IMG/VR virus record: IMGVR_UViG_3300018495_000012
Location: 2,556 to 66,555 of that record
Strand: one strand, 5' to 3'
Length of the DNA stretch: 64,000 nt
Source of the DNA: a virus
Lineage: Duplodnaviria > Caudoviricetes
The translations under genes were made by a program, and so were the position numbers. The notes under the pieces were generated by a model. That model saw only the letters and a program-made list of their open reading frames with translations. It was not told the origin of the DNA and ran no database searches. Shown here piece after piece: positions 32,083 to 39,906 of this stretch. Position 1 is the first letter of the stretch; every line of letters begins with the position of its first letter.

Positions 32083-32202
32083 TTATACACCATATGAGCG
32101 ACGGTACGACACGTAAAAGTATAGAAGGTGTGCGTATACCTACCAATTTTGACAAAGTATACGCTTTAGCATATAAGAAACGAATTAAAGGAGAGCGTCA
32201 AA

Positions 32203-32622
32203 ATGGCAACAAAAATAAGAGCAGCAATATCTCGAAGAAATAAATACTGGATCGACAAGCATCGTCATTACGAGCTGAAGCATTTCTGTTTACAATACCC
32301 TATATGGAAGCGTACGTACGCGGCTATAGATGAACTTGGCTCATCGTTAACTGGATTAGGCAATATCGGCGGTAGCAATCTTCCAAGTGATCCTACGGTT
32401 AAGTGCGTAATGCGTAAGGCGTACTATCTCGAACGTATTAGTTTGATAGAGCAAGCTGCTAGAGAAGCGGACGAAGATTTATATTTATACATACTTAAAG
32501 CTGTGACCGAGGATTTGTCTTATACATATTTGAAAGCTAGATTAGACATACCATGCAGTAGAGACACTTATTACGACCGCTACAGACGATTCTTCTGGCT
32601 ACTAAGTGAGTCGCGAAAATGA
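32203..32622 (+). CDS. Putative phage transcriptional regulator (ArpU/RinA-like)
   Basis: C-terminal HTH-like IPCSRDTYYDRYRRFF; first gene after Cro. Confidence 0.45.
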   Translation: MATKIRAAISRRNKYWIDKHRHYELKHFCLQYPIWKRTYAAIDELGSSLTGLGNIGGSNLPSDPTVKCVMRKAYYLERISLIEQAAREADEDLYLYILKAVTEDLSYTYLKARLDIPCSRDTYYDRYRRFFWLLSESRK

Positions 32623-32636
32623 CACGTTCCTTTATG
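32612..32636 (+). promoter_or_regulatory. Motif copy 3
   Basis: CGCG aaaatg ACA cgttcct TTATG, immediately followed by AAAGGA. Confidence 0.75.
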
Positions 32637-32651
32637 AAAGGATGTGATCGT

Positions 32652-32828
32652 ATGTATATCGATATAACAAGCTTTATTATCGGAGGTATAATATGGGAAA
32701 TACTAAAACCTTACATATGTTGTAGATTGATTCCGGAGATTAAACGATCGATGGGTAAATTAAACAAAGATGGAGGGGCTAAAGAGGACTCAAAGAAACC
32801 CGAGAGATATAAAGGTGGCGTTATTTGA
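32652..32828 (+). CDS. Cassette ORF, 58 aa, hydrophobic N-terminus
   Basis: Start moved to the ATG after AAAGGATGTG; MYIDITSFIIGGIIWEIL. Confidence 0.65.
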   Translation: MYIDITSFIIGGIIWEILKPYICCRLIPEIKRSMGKLNKDGGAKEDSKKPERYKGGVI

Positions 32829-32851
32829 TTTAAATGGGGTCTACAAAAATA

Positions 32852-32893
32852 AAGACTAAGGGTCTGTCAATCGACAGGCTCTTTTCTTTTTTT
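32852..32893 (+). terminator. Terminator, near-identical copy at 33492-33531
   Basis: AAGACTA(A)GGGTCTGTCAATCGACAGGCTCTTTTCTTTTTT. Confidence 0.8.
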
Positions 32894-32934
32894 AACCTAG
32901 AGTCCATATTTCTATTCTAGATTAGTCTTGCATT

Positions 32935-32951
32935 TTCCGTACGCAGGTGAC
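32935..32951 (+). repeat. 17-bp direct repeat TTCCGTACGCAGGTGAC (second copy 36422-36438)
   Basis: Exact match; both copies followed by a related AT-rich stretch and then a CGCG motif. Confidence 0.8.
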
Positions 32952-33024
32952 CGCAAGCAATGTTATTTTTATAAAGTGAAAAATTCCCGGAAGGGAAAAT
33001 TCGAAAAACGTTTTACGTAGGAAT

Positions 33025-33049
33025 CGCGAAAGTGACAGTTCCTATTATA
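33025..33049 (+). promoter_or_regulatory. Motif copy 4
   Basis: CGCG aaagtg ACA gttccta TTATA. Confidence 0.75.
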
Positions 33050-33092
33050 GAAACGTACTAACGTTAATTTATTTGAAAGGGAGGACTTTAAA

Positions 33093-33479
33093 ATGGGTCT
33101 TAAAACTGAAATTCGTGAGGAAGTTCAAAACGAACTTAAGGAGTTACGTAAGATGCAGCTGGGTTCAGATGAATACAGAAGCACTGTCGATGGCGTAACA
33201 AAGTTAGCGGATAGAGTAATCGAGATGGATAAACTCGACAATGAGCGTCAGGTTCAAGCGGAGCTTAATGAAAAAGAGCAAGAGCTTAAACAAGCGCAAA
33301 TGAAAGAGGATAAGAAAGATCGAATTATTAAAAACTGTTTAACTGGTGTTAGTGTCGTCGGCGGTATACTGGTGACTATTTGGGGTACGATTGTATCTAT
33401 TAACTTCGAAAGAGAAGGAACATTCACGACTTCAGCAGGAAGAAAACATGTAAATAAGTTACTGTCATTCTTTAAGTAA
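33093..33479 (+). CDS. Cassette ORF, 128 aa, coiled coil plus C-terminal TM
   Basis: RBS AAAGGGAGG; VSVVGGILVTIWGTIV hydrophobic segment. Confidence 0.75.
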   Translation: MGLKTEIREEVQNELKELRKMQLGSDEYRSTVDGVTKLADRVIEMDKLDNERQVQAELNEKEQELKQAQMKEDKKDRIIKNCLTGVSVVGGILVTIWGTIVSINFEREGTFTTSAGRKHVNKLLSFFK

Positions 33480-33531
33480 CGTATACGAATCAAGACTAGG
33501 GTCTGTCAATCGACAGGCTCTTTTCTTTTTT

Positions 33532-33556
33532 CGCGTAAAATACACGCTATTGTATG
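33532..33556 (+). promoter_or_regulatory. Motif copy 5 (GTAT variant)
   Basis: CGCG taaaat ACA cgctatt GTATG. Confidence 0.65.
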
Positions 33557-33595
33557 GATCGAAAGATTACTATTTAATTATTTGGAGGTTTTATT

Positions 33596-33796
33596 ATGTT
33601 GTTTAAACCGAATGAGATATGTATCAGAAATGGAAAGCTTAACGAAGCGTCTTGGTGGACGATATGGGCAGGTCTTGTGGCTTCGACTATAGGACTTATC
33701 GGTATTACAGTCTCGCAGGCATTCGTTAAACCGGAAGAGTTTGCTGATATTATAGTTTCGGAGAGTGAACAGGAGAAAAACTACACTAACAAATAG
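33596..33796 (+). CDS. Cassette ORF, 66 aa, one TM
   Basis: RBS GGAGG; WWTIWAGLVASTIGLIGITV; terminator AGAAGGGC-TTCG-GCTCTTCT-TTTTT at 33811-33835. Confidence 0.7.
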   Translation: MLFKPNEICIRNGKLNEASWWTIWAGLVASTIGLIGITVSQAFVKPEEFADIIVSESEQEKNYTNK

Positions 33797-33835
33797 TGTA
33801 AATTCGAAACAGAAGGGCTTCGGCTCTTCTTTTTT

Positions 33836-33860
33836 CGCGACATATACAGCTCATATTATA
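33836..33860 (+). promoter_or_regulatory. Motif copy 6
   Basis: CGCG acatat ACA gctcata TTATA. Confidence 0.75.
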
Positions 33861-33877
33861 GAAAGGACGTGATATTC

Positions 33878-34039
33878 ATGATTAAAAACAGATTAAGAAC
33901 ATTTTTCTATGCAGCAGTTTATGCGATCGGAGCGGCGTTCGGTTGGAAATTATTCAACGATATGAGCGATCCGGTTAAACGAACTAAGGTTAAGAAAAAG
34001 TTCAAACGAATCAAAGAGGCTATCACAGACAAAGACTAA
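33878..34039 (+). CDS. Cassette ORF, 53 aa (below ORF-track cutoff)
   Basis: MIKNRLRTFFYAAVYAIGAAFGWKLF...TDKD; RBS AAAGGA; terminator 34047-34086. Confidence 0.7.
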   Translation: MIKNRLRTFFYAAVYAIGAAFGWKLFNDMSDPVKRTKVKKKFKRIKEAITDKD

Positions 34040-34086
34040 AAAAAAAAGAAAGGGAAGACTTGTACGCAAGCTCTTCTCTTTTTTTT

Positions 34087-34111
34087 CGCGAAATTTACAC
34101 GTATTATTATG
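34087..34111 (+). promoter_or_regulatory. Motif copy 7
   Basis: CGCG aaattt ACA cgtatta TTATG. Confidence 0.75.
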
Positions 34112-34216
34112 AAAGAATAGAGTTAGCGGAACTAACGCGAAGCTTGAAAGTAACCGAGGCTAAGCCGAAAGGCAAAGACCGGAGAGGGAAATATCGGACA
34201 CTCTATTTTTATTTTC
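34111..34216 (+). ncRNA. Candidate structured small RNA / leader
   Basis: Closing stem AATAGAG/CTCTATT plus U-tract enclosing four hairpins (GTTAG/CTAAC, AGCTT/AGGCT, GCC-GAAA-GGC, CCG/CGG). Confidence 0.55.
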
Positions 34217-34230
34217 TCCAGAGGTGACAT

Positions 34231-34590
34231 ATGAGATACCATTACGAAAAACCAACTACATATTCGTGTACGTACGGGAGCGTATTCTATTGCGATCATC
34301 CCGTGTATGACGTATGCACATTATTCAAAATAAGAAATAAAGGTTTAGCAGTAATACAGCAGCGGTACGATCCAGATACTAAAAGTACTAGTTGGAGCGA
34401 GATTGATCCATGGCTTACGGACGATTTATACTTACATCCTAAATTTAAAGAGTTCTTTGACGATCGAGCAGGACCGAGTGAGGACGGATTATATCCAACA
34501 GTTACAATTAGGCAACTTATGTGGGGATTAAAGATGAAACCACTACCTAGAAGTCGCTGGGAGACGTGTTTCGACCGTAAAAGCATCTAA
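34231..34590 (+). CDS. Hypothetical protein, 119 aa
   Basis: RBS GAGGTG; ORF track. Confidence 0.7.
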   Translation: MRYHYEKPTTYSCTYGSVFYCDHPVYDVCTLFKIRNKGLAVIQQRYDPDTKSTSWSEIDPWLTDDLYLHPKFKEFFDDRAGPSEDGLYPTVTIRQLMWGLKMKPLPRSRWETCFDRKSI

Positions 34591-34593
34591 ATT

Positions 34594-34618
34594 CGCGAGA
34601 ATTACAAGGGGTATTATG
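34594..34618 (+). promoter_or_regulatory. Motif copy 8
   Basis: CGCG agaatt ACA aggggta TTATG. Confidence 0.75.
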
Positions 34619-34650
34619 AAAGAATACTAAATTTCAGGAGGATGATTAAA

Positions 34651-34815
34651 ATGTTAGATATGCTAATGTTTGCGGTAATTTTCACTGTGGTTCAAGTAAT
34701 CGGAGGATTTATTGTATTTGGTCTGATGATGTCTAAACCATTCATGAAAATGTTTACCAAAAAATATGTAAGTCTAGCAAAAGATTTGATGGCTGAGATT
34801 GAAGATGAACTTTAA
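34651..34815 (+). CDS. Cassette ORF, 54 aa, TM
   Basis: RBS AGGAGG; MLDMLMFAVIFTVVQVIGGFIVFGLMM; terminator 34817-34847. Confidence 0.7.
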   Translation: MLDMLMFAVIFTVVQVIGGFIVFGLMMSKPFMKMFTKKYVSLAKDLMAEIEDEL

Positions 34816-34852
34816 TAGGGAATCCCGCAAGGGGTTCTTTTTTTTTATACAT

Positions 34853-34877
34853 CGCGAAAAACGCATAGTGTGTTATG
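34853..34877 (+). promoter_or_regulatory. Motif copy 9
   Basis: CGCG aaaaac GCA tagtgtg TTATG. Confidence 0.7.
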
Positions 34878-34907
34878 AAAACTATTAATTTTAGGAGGAT
34901 AATTTAT

Positions 34908-35060
34908 ATGGTTACATTATTTGTATTATTAATAATTGGAGGAATACTATTGACGGTTCTATCGGGAGCATGTGCAATACTGTTAGACCCAATTATAGCG
35001 ATTCTTATTATTTATGGATTGTACAAACTTGTAAAGAAAATTACCAAGAAAAAGAAATAA
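34908..35060 (+). CDS. Cassette ORF, 50 aa, hydrophobic hairpin with basic tail
   Basis: Start moved to the ATG after AGGAGG; MVTLFVLLIIGGILL...KKITKKKK. Confidence 0.7.
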   Translation: MVTLFVLLIIGGILLTVLSGACAILLDPIIAILIIYGLYKLVKKITKKKK

Positions 35061-35104
35061 TTCAAAAAGGGGATACTCGGAAACGAGCTATTCTCTTTTT
35101 CTTT

Positions 35105-35129
35105 CGCGCAAAACACAGCCTCTATTATG
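35105..35129 (+). promoter_or_regulatory. Motif copy 10
   Basis: CGCG caaaac ACA gcctcta TTATG. Confidence 0.75.
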
Positions 35130-35148
35130 AATAAAGGAGGTAGTGATT

Positions 35149-35250
35149 ATGAAAATATTTGATTTCTTTAAAGGCGGTCTATTAACAATGCTGGCATTTG
35201 GTTTGCTGGGATTGGTACTTATGATAGCTTTAATTGTAGCGATATTCTAA
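35149..35250 (+). CDS. Cassette ORF, 33-aa TM peptide
   Basis: RBS AAAGGAGG; MKIFDFFKGGLLTMLAFGLLGLVLMIALIVAIF. Confidence 0.7.
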   Translation: MKIFDFFKGGLLTMLAFGLLGLVLMIALIVAIF

Positions 35251-35301
35251 TCGTAATTCTATATTTCAACAAAAGAGTCTTAAACAAAGGCTCTTTTCTT
35301 T

Positions 35302-35326
35302 CGCGAAAATAACACCTCTTTTTATG
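35302..35326 (+). promoter_or_regulatory. Motif copy 11
   Basis: CGCG aaaata ACA cctcttt TTATG. Confidence 0.75.
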
Positions 35327-35355
35327 GAAGAATACTAAATAAAAGGAGATTAATT

Positions 35356-35439
35356 ATGATCAATATTTCAATAGCTATGTCAGTATTATTTGTAGGAGTT
35401 GCGTGTGCAATAAAAAGCATTATGCGTGTACTCAGATAA
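35356..35439 (+). CDS. Cassette ORF, 27-aa TM peptide
   Basis: RBS AAGGAG; MINISIAMSVLFVGVACAIKSIMRVLR. Confidence 0.6.
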   Translation: MINISIAMSVLFVGVACAIKSIMRVLR

Positions 35440-35533
35440 ACTTGACGAATGTTTGGCGAATGAAGTAAACGAATCTTATGGTTGGTAACACTTCAAATTA
35501 AGGGACTCAAACGAGCCCTTTAATTTTTTGATC

Positions 35534-35558
35534 CGCGAAATTTACAAGGGGTATTATG
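35534..35558 (+). promoter_or_regulatory. Motif copy 12
   Basis: CGCG aaattt ACA aggggta TTATG. Confidence 0.75.
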
Positions 35559-35629
35559 AGAAACAGAAGAGCTCGTTTATACGAGTAAGGGAACGTTTAC
35601 GTACCCGCAAACTGTTTCTTTTACTTTTT
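35558..35629 (+). ncRNA. Candidate three-way-junction small RNA / attenuator leader
   Basis: GAGAAACAG/CTGTTTCTT closing stem, hairpins CTCGT-TTAT-ACGAG and GGGAACG-TTTA-CGTACCC, U-tract. Confidence 0.5.
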
Positions 35630-35658
35630 ATAAAACACTTGAAAGGTGATGGGTAACC

Positions 35659-36420
35659 ATGAACAAACTATTACGTCAATCGAAGTTATTTATGAAACGC
35701 AATGCTTCAACAATTCTTACTGGAGCTGGAGCTGTAGGTGTAGTCATGACTTCGGTTATGGCTGTAAAAGCAACACCCAAAGCTTTAAGATTGTTAGAAA
35801 ATGCTAAACAAGAAAAAGGAGAGGATCTAACTACATTAGAGGTTATCAAAACGGCAGCGCCTGTTTATATTCCATCAGTACTTGTGGGTGCGGCTACGAT
35901 CACGTGCATCTTTGGAGCGAACGTATTAAATAAAAAACAGCAAGCGGCTATGATGAGCGCTTACGCATTACTCGATCAATCGTATAAAGATTACAAGAAA
36001 AAAGTAGAAGAGTTATATGGCGAAGGATCAACCAAGCAAATTGAGCAAGAGATCGTCAAGGATAAATATAACGAAAGTGACCTATCGATTGATGATAGCG
36101 ACGGTAAAGAGTTATTCTACGACGCGTTCTCAGAAAGATATTTCAGAGCTACGCTTTCGGACGTGTTAGAAGCAGAGTACGAAGTTAATCACATCCTAGC
36201 GTGTGAGTACGGTCTATATTTAAACGGTTTCTACGAGCTGTTGGGTATTGAGGAAGTAGACTACGGCAATTATATCGGATGGTCTTCTGCTGAATTATAC
36301 GAAACATATTGGAACTCTTGGATCGAGTTTGAACATCAAAAAGTAACGATGGATGACGGACTCGAATGTACAATCATCAATATTCTTACAGAACCGACAT
36401 TTGATTTCGAAAATTATTAA
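35659..36420 (+). CDS. Paralogue family member 1 (DUF6353-like)
   Basis: ILTGAGAVG..AVKATPKA, YKKKVEELYGE, LNGFYELLG..IGW shared with 36746 and 38947 ORFs. Confidence 0.65.
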   Translation: MNKLLRQSKLFMKRNASTILTGAGAVGVVMTSVMAVKATPKALRLLENAKQEKGEDLTTLEVIKTAAPVYIPSVLVGAATITCIFGANVLNKKQQAAMMSAYALLDQSYKDYKKKVEELYGEGSTKQIEQEIVKDKYNESDLSIDDSDGKELFYDAFSERYFRATLSDVLEAEYEVNHILACEYGLYLNGFYELLGIEEVDYGNYIGWSSAELYETYWNSWIEFEHQKVTMDDGLECTIINILTEPTFDFENY

Positions 36421-36467
36421 GTTCCGTACGCAGGTGACGGTTTAGCATGATATTTTGTTAACGAGGT

Positions 36468-36492
36468 CGCGAAGTAATCAGCGGCTATTATG
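36468..36492 (+). promoter_or_regulatory. Motif copy 13
   Basis: CGCG aagtaa TCA gcggcta TTATG. Confidence 0.7.
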
Positions 36493-36518
36493 AAATAATT
36501 CTAAAGGAGAGGATTAAT

Positions 36519-36683
36519 ATGAAATTTGACATCAGCAAAATCAATTGGAAGAAGGTTGCTACAATCGGAGGTTGCGTGTTTACAGGCGTATTAGCATTTG
36601 TAGGCGCAATCGATGAGCATAAGCAAGCTGAACGTGTTGAGGATATGGAAAAACGTATATCCGAACTTGAGAAAAAAGAGTAG
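36519..36683 (+). CDS. Cassette ORF, 54 aa, TM plus coiled coil
   Basis: RBS AAAGGAGAGG; MKFDISKINWKKVATIGGCVFTGVLAFVGAI; terminator 36686-36718. Confidence 0.7.
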   Translation: MKFDISKINWKKVATIGGCVFTGVLAFVGAIDEHKQAERVEDMEKRISELEKKE

Positions 36684-36745
36684 GGAGGACCCGATAATGG
36701 GGTCTTCTTTTACTTTTAATAATTTATTGAAAGGAGAGATTGACG

Positions 36746-37519
36746 ATGGGTAAACCAAACTTACAACAACTCGTCAAAAGTGCGAAAGTAACGCTTGCGA
36801 AGCATAGTCCAGAAATTCTAACTGGCATCGGCATCACAGGCTTACTTACGACAACTGTGTTAGCGGTAAAAGCCACGCCGAAAGCACTTAAATTACTTGA
36901 GGAGGTAAAGAAAAATGAGCACAAAGAGACCTTAACAGCTCTCGAGACTGTTAAGACCACTTGGAAATGTTACATTCCGGCGGCAGCTATCGGAGCAACA
37001 TCTGTAGCGTGTCTCATCGGAGCGAGCTCGGTCAGTGCAAGACGTAACGCTGCGTTAGCGACTGCGTATAAACTGTCCGAAACAGCCTTCCACGAGTATA
37101 AAAACAAAGTGGTAGAAACTATTGGCGAGAAAAAAGAGCGCCATATCCATGATGAGATCGACAAAGACCACATGGAGAAGAATCCGGTTAGTAAAAATTC
37201 AGTAATCGTTACCGGTATCGGTGATACGTTATGCTACGACCGTCTGTTTAATCAATACTTCTATTCTGATATTGAGAAAATACGAAAAGCGGTCAATGAA
37301 TTAAACCGTCAGATGTTGGTTCATGATTATGTTTCACTTGATGACTTTTATGACGAATTAAACATCCCGCATGTACAATTGGGAGACCAAATGGGATGGC
37401 GCGTGGACAAAGGCTTTATAGAAGTTGACTTCGGTTCACAATTAACTGACGACGGTCGACCGTGTGTCGTTATGCGATATTCTCTGGCACCGGACTACGG
37501 ATTCTCGTCATACACTTAA
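36746..37519 (+). CDS. Paralogue family member 2 (DUF6353-like)
   Basis: HSPEILTGIGITG..AVKATPKA, YKNKVVETIGE, LDDFYDELN..MGW. Confidence 0.65.
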   Translation: MGKPNLQQLVKSAKVTLAKHSPEILTGIGITGLLTTTVLAVKATPKALKLLEEVKKNEHKETLTALETVKTTWKCYIPAAAIGATSVACLIGASSVSARRNAALATAYKLSETAFHEYKNKVVETIGEKKERHIHDEIDKDHMEKNPVSKNSVIVTGIGDTLCYDRLFNQYFYSDIEKIRKAVNELNRQMLVHDYVSLDDFYDELNIPHVQLGDQMGWRVDKGFIEVDFGSQLTDDGRPCVVMRYSLAPDYGFSSYT

Positions 37520-37520
37520 A

Positions 37521-37545
37521 CGCGAAAAATACACGTAATATTATG
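37521..37545 (+). promoter_or_regulatory. Motif copy 14
   Basis: CGCG aaaaat ACA cgtaata TTATG. Confidence 0.75.
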
Positions 37546-37593
37546 AGCGATAAGCTTACAAAAATTTAAATTATTTTTAGGAGGAATTTTACC

Positions 37594-37764
37594 ATGAAAA
37601 AGAACAAAATTGTAGGAGCAATCTTGACAGGAGTACTCGCTATAGGAACAGCATTCGGAGTTGCAAAACTTTTGAAGAAAGACGATGAAAACGGTGACTG
37701 TGAAGCAGATAGCTGTGAAGAAGAGAACTACGACGAGGACGATTCGGAAGAAGAATCCGAATAA
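37594..37764 (+). CDS. Cassette ORF, 56 aa, TM plus strongly acidic tail
   Basis: RBS AGGAGG; MKKNKIVGAILTGVLAIGTAFGVAKLL...CEEENYDEDDSEEESE. Confidence 0.7.
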   Translation: MKKNKIVGAILTGVLAIGTAFGVAKLLKKDDENGDCEADSCEEENYDEDDSEEESE

Positions 37765-37848
37765 TGACAAATTTTGAGGCGAAACTCGAAGGGAGGTACT
37801 TGTAACAAAGTATCTCTCTTTTTGTTTTGTTGAAAGGGGGTTATTGTT

Positions 37849-38043
37849 ATAGAAAGATATATTTATGAAGGACCGGTAGAGGCGTTCGGAAAATGTATAG
37901 ACAATAACTGGCGTGGCGAGACAATGGCTGATTCGGAGGCGAAAGCTAAATGTAATCTTGCGTACCAGTACAAGAAACAAACTGGTCGTACGGCAGCCAC
38001 TCGCATAACTCTGCCAGGAAAACTTAGGAAAGGATTGGTGTAA
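37849..38043 (+). CDS. Hypothetical 64-aa ORF with apparent ATA start
   Basis: GAAAGGGGG 8 nt before ATA; open frame (M)ERYIYEGPVEAFGKC...KGLV fills the gap to the next gene. Confidence 0.5.
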   Translation: MERYIYEGPVEAFGKCIDNNWRGETMADSEAKAKCNLAYQYKKQTGRTAATRITLPGKLRKGLV

Positions 38044-38045
38044 CC

Positions 38046-38639
38046 ATGCAAGAGCATACACCTGGCAATAAAAAGAACACGACTATTGAGAAAAAAGCTA
38101 GCAAAATAGTCAGTGGTCCAGTTAAAACTAAACAAAAAAGCGAACTTAGTAAAGTCGCTAGCACTTTCATAGCAGAAGACGTGTCAAACGTTAAATCGTA
38201 TATTATTTGGGACGTGCTAATTCCTGCTGCTAAAAATACAATTCTCGATATTATTATCGACAGTGCGAATATGTTCTTCGGTGGCTCTAAGAGTCGTAAA
38301 ACAACAAATAACAACTACAACAAAGTAGCATATAACAGCCGCTTCATTGGTTCTGAAAACTCGAGGCCAGCGGAAAGAAGAGGCCCCATTATGCGATACA
38401 GTATGCTCGATATTACAGTCCCTAATCGAGGAGAAGCTGAAAAAGTAATCCGTCAGATGCGGGATTCGCTTGAGGAGTACGGCGAGGTATCGGTAGGAGA
38501 CTTGTATGATTTCTGCGGAATCGATGGCGATTATACTGATTACAAATACGGTTGGGTTAATCTCGAGAGCGCTAGAGCAGTAAGAACTAGAGACGGTTAC
38601 CTCTTAGATTTACCTAAGATTATACCGTTGAATAAATAA
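38046..38639 (+). CDS. Hypothetical protein with distant similarity to the paralogue C-terminus
   Basis: VSVGDLYDFCG..YGW resembles LNEVYDMFG..VGW. Confidence 0.55.
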   Translation: MQEHTPGNKKNTTIEKKASKIVSGPVKTKQKSELSKVASTFIAEDVSNVKSYIIWDVLIPAAKNTILDIIIDSANMFFGGSKSRKTTNNNYNKVAYNSRFIGSENSRPAERRGPIMRYSMLDITVPNRGEAEKVIRQMRDSLEEYGEVSVGDLYDFCGIDGDYTDYKYGWVNLESARAVRTRDGYLLDLPKIIPLNK

Positions 38640-38656
38640 TATTTTAGGAGACTAGT

Positions 38657-38926
38657 ATGTACGAATCACAAGATAAAATGGTATCGCATCCGTCTCATTA
38701 CCAGTCAAGTAAAGGTATCGAAGTTATCAACGTAATCGAAGCTTTTACAGAAAACTTGAAGGGTATTGAGGCGACCGATACCGGAAATATCATCAAATAC
38801 GCTTGCCGTTGGAAGGATAAGAACGGCATTCAGGATCTCGAAAAGATAATGTGGTATACACAACATCTTATCGATCATTTAAAAGAAAAAGAAATTAAAA
38901 ACGAAATGGATATTTGTTGTCCATAA
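38657..38926 (+). CDS. DUF3310 / T7 gp1.7-like nucleotide kinase family protein
   Basis: VSHPSHY..IEVI..IE..GNIIKYACRWKDKNGIQDLEK..WY. Confidence 0.8.
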   Translation: MYESQDKMVSHPSHYQSSKGIEVINVIEAFTENLKGIEATDTGNIIKYACRWKDKNGIQDLEKIMWYTQHLIDHLKEKEIKNEMDICCP

Positions 38927-38946
38927 GAAAAGGAGACGAATTAGTC

Positions 38947-39906
38947 ATGGCTAAAGGAAGAATTATGACAAATGTATCAAGAACATTCCATAAAGGTTTG
39001 TTCCAACTTAAGAAACACAGCCCTGAAATCATGGTAGTAGGCGGTACTATCGGTATGGTTGTCAGTGCTGTAATGGCATGTAAGGCTACAACAAAAGTCG
39101 ATGCTATTCTCGACAAAACAAAAGAGCAGGTAGACGGTATTCATAGAGTACTTGAAACACCCGAACTTCAGGAAAAGTATAAAAAAGAATACGGCGAAGA
39201 ATACACTGTAGAAGCAAGTAAGAAAGATCTTGCCGTAGTGTATGCTAAAACCGGTGTAGAATTCGCAAAAGTATATGGTCCGGCTGTACTTCTTGGCGCA
39301 GCTTCTGTAACAAGTATCCTTTGCGGACACAACATTCTTAACAAGCGTCATGCAGCTCTTACAGCAGCTTATGCGGTTGTGGATAACGGATTCAAAGAAT
39401 ACCGTGGAAGAGTTGTAGAGCGTTTCGGTGAAGAGCTTGATAGAGAGCTTAAATACAACATCAAATCAAAAGAAATCGAAGAAGAGGTTACGGACGAAGA
39501 AGGAAACGTAACTAAGGTTAAGAAAACTGTAGAAGTTCCTGAAATCTCACTGGATAACGAGTATGATCGTTTCTTCATGGAAGGTTGCAATGGCTGGGAC
39601 AAAGGTGATCCTATTTACAACAAGGCATTCGTTCTTCGACAGCAAGATTGGGCAAATGAGTTGTTGAGAACTCGCGGTCATTTGTTCCTTAACGAAGTGT
39701 ACGATATGTTCGGTCTATGCCGTACTCGTGCTGGTAGCACTGTAGGTTGGGTATACGATCCTGAGAATCCGGACTTGAACAACTGCGTTGACTTCGGTCT
39801 TGGAAGAGACATTGATTTCTCAAAAGGTTTATTCATCAACGGTGAAGAACGCAGCGTATTACTTCGTTTCAATGTTGACGGAAACGTGTGGGATTTGATG
39901 AAATGA
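38947..39906 (+). CDS. Paralogue family member 3 (DUF6353-like)
   Basis: HSPEIMVVGG..ACKATTK, YRGRVVERFGE, LNEVYDMFG..VGW; start moved to the ATG after AAAGGAG. Confidence 0.65.
   Translation: MAKGRIMTNVSRTFHKGLFQLKKHSPEIMVVGGTIGMVVSAVMACKATTKVDAILDKTKEQVDGIHRVLETPELQEKYKKEYGEEYTVEASKKDLAVVYAKTGVEFAKVYGPAVLLGAASVTSILCGHNILNKRHAALTAAYAVVDNGFKEYRGRVVERFGEELDRELKYNIKSKEIEEEVTDEEGNVTKVKKTVEVPEISLDNEYDRFFMEGCNGWDKGDPIYNKAFVLRQQDWANELLRTRGHLFLNEVYDMFGLCRTRAGSTVGWVYDPENPDLNNCVDFGLGRDIDFSKGLFINGEERSVLLRFNVDGNVWDLMK

Noticed and set aside
34111-34216. Cloverleaf-like fold as a tRNA or hammerhead ribozyme
   Set aside because: No T-loop, 7-nt anticodon loop or CCA end, and no CUGAUGA core; kept as an unclassified RNA
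32612-37830. Cassette array as an integron
   Set aside because: No attC-type R/L box palindromes and no tyrosine integrase; each unit has its own promoter-like motif
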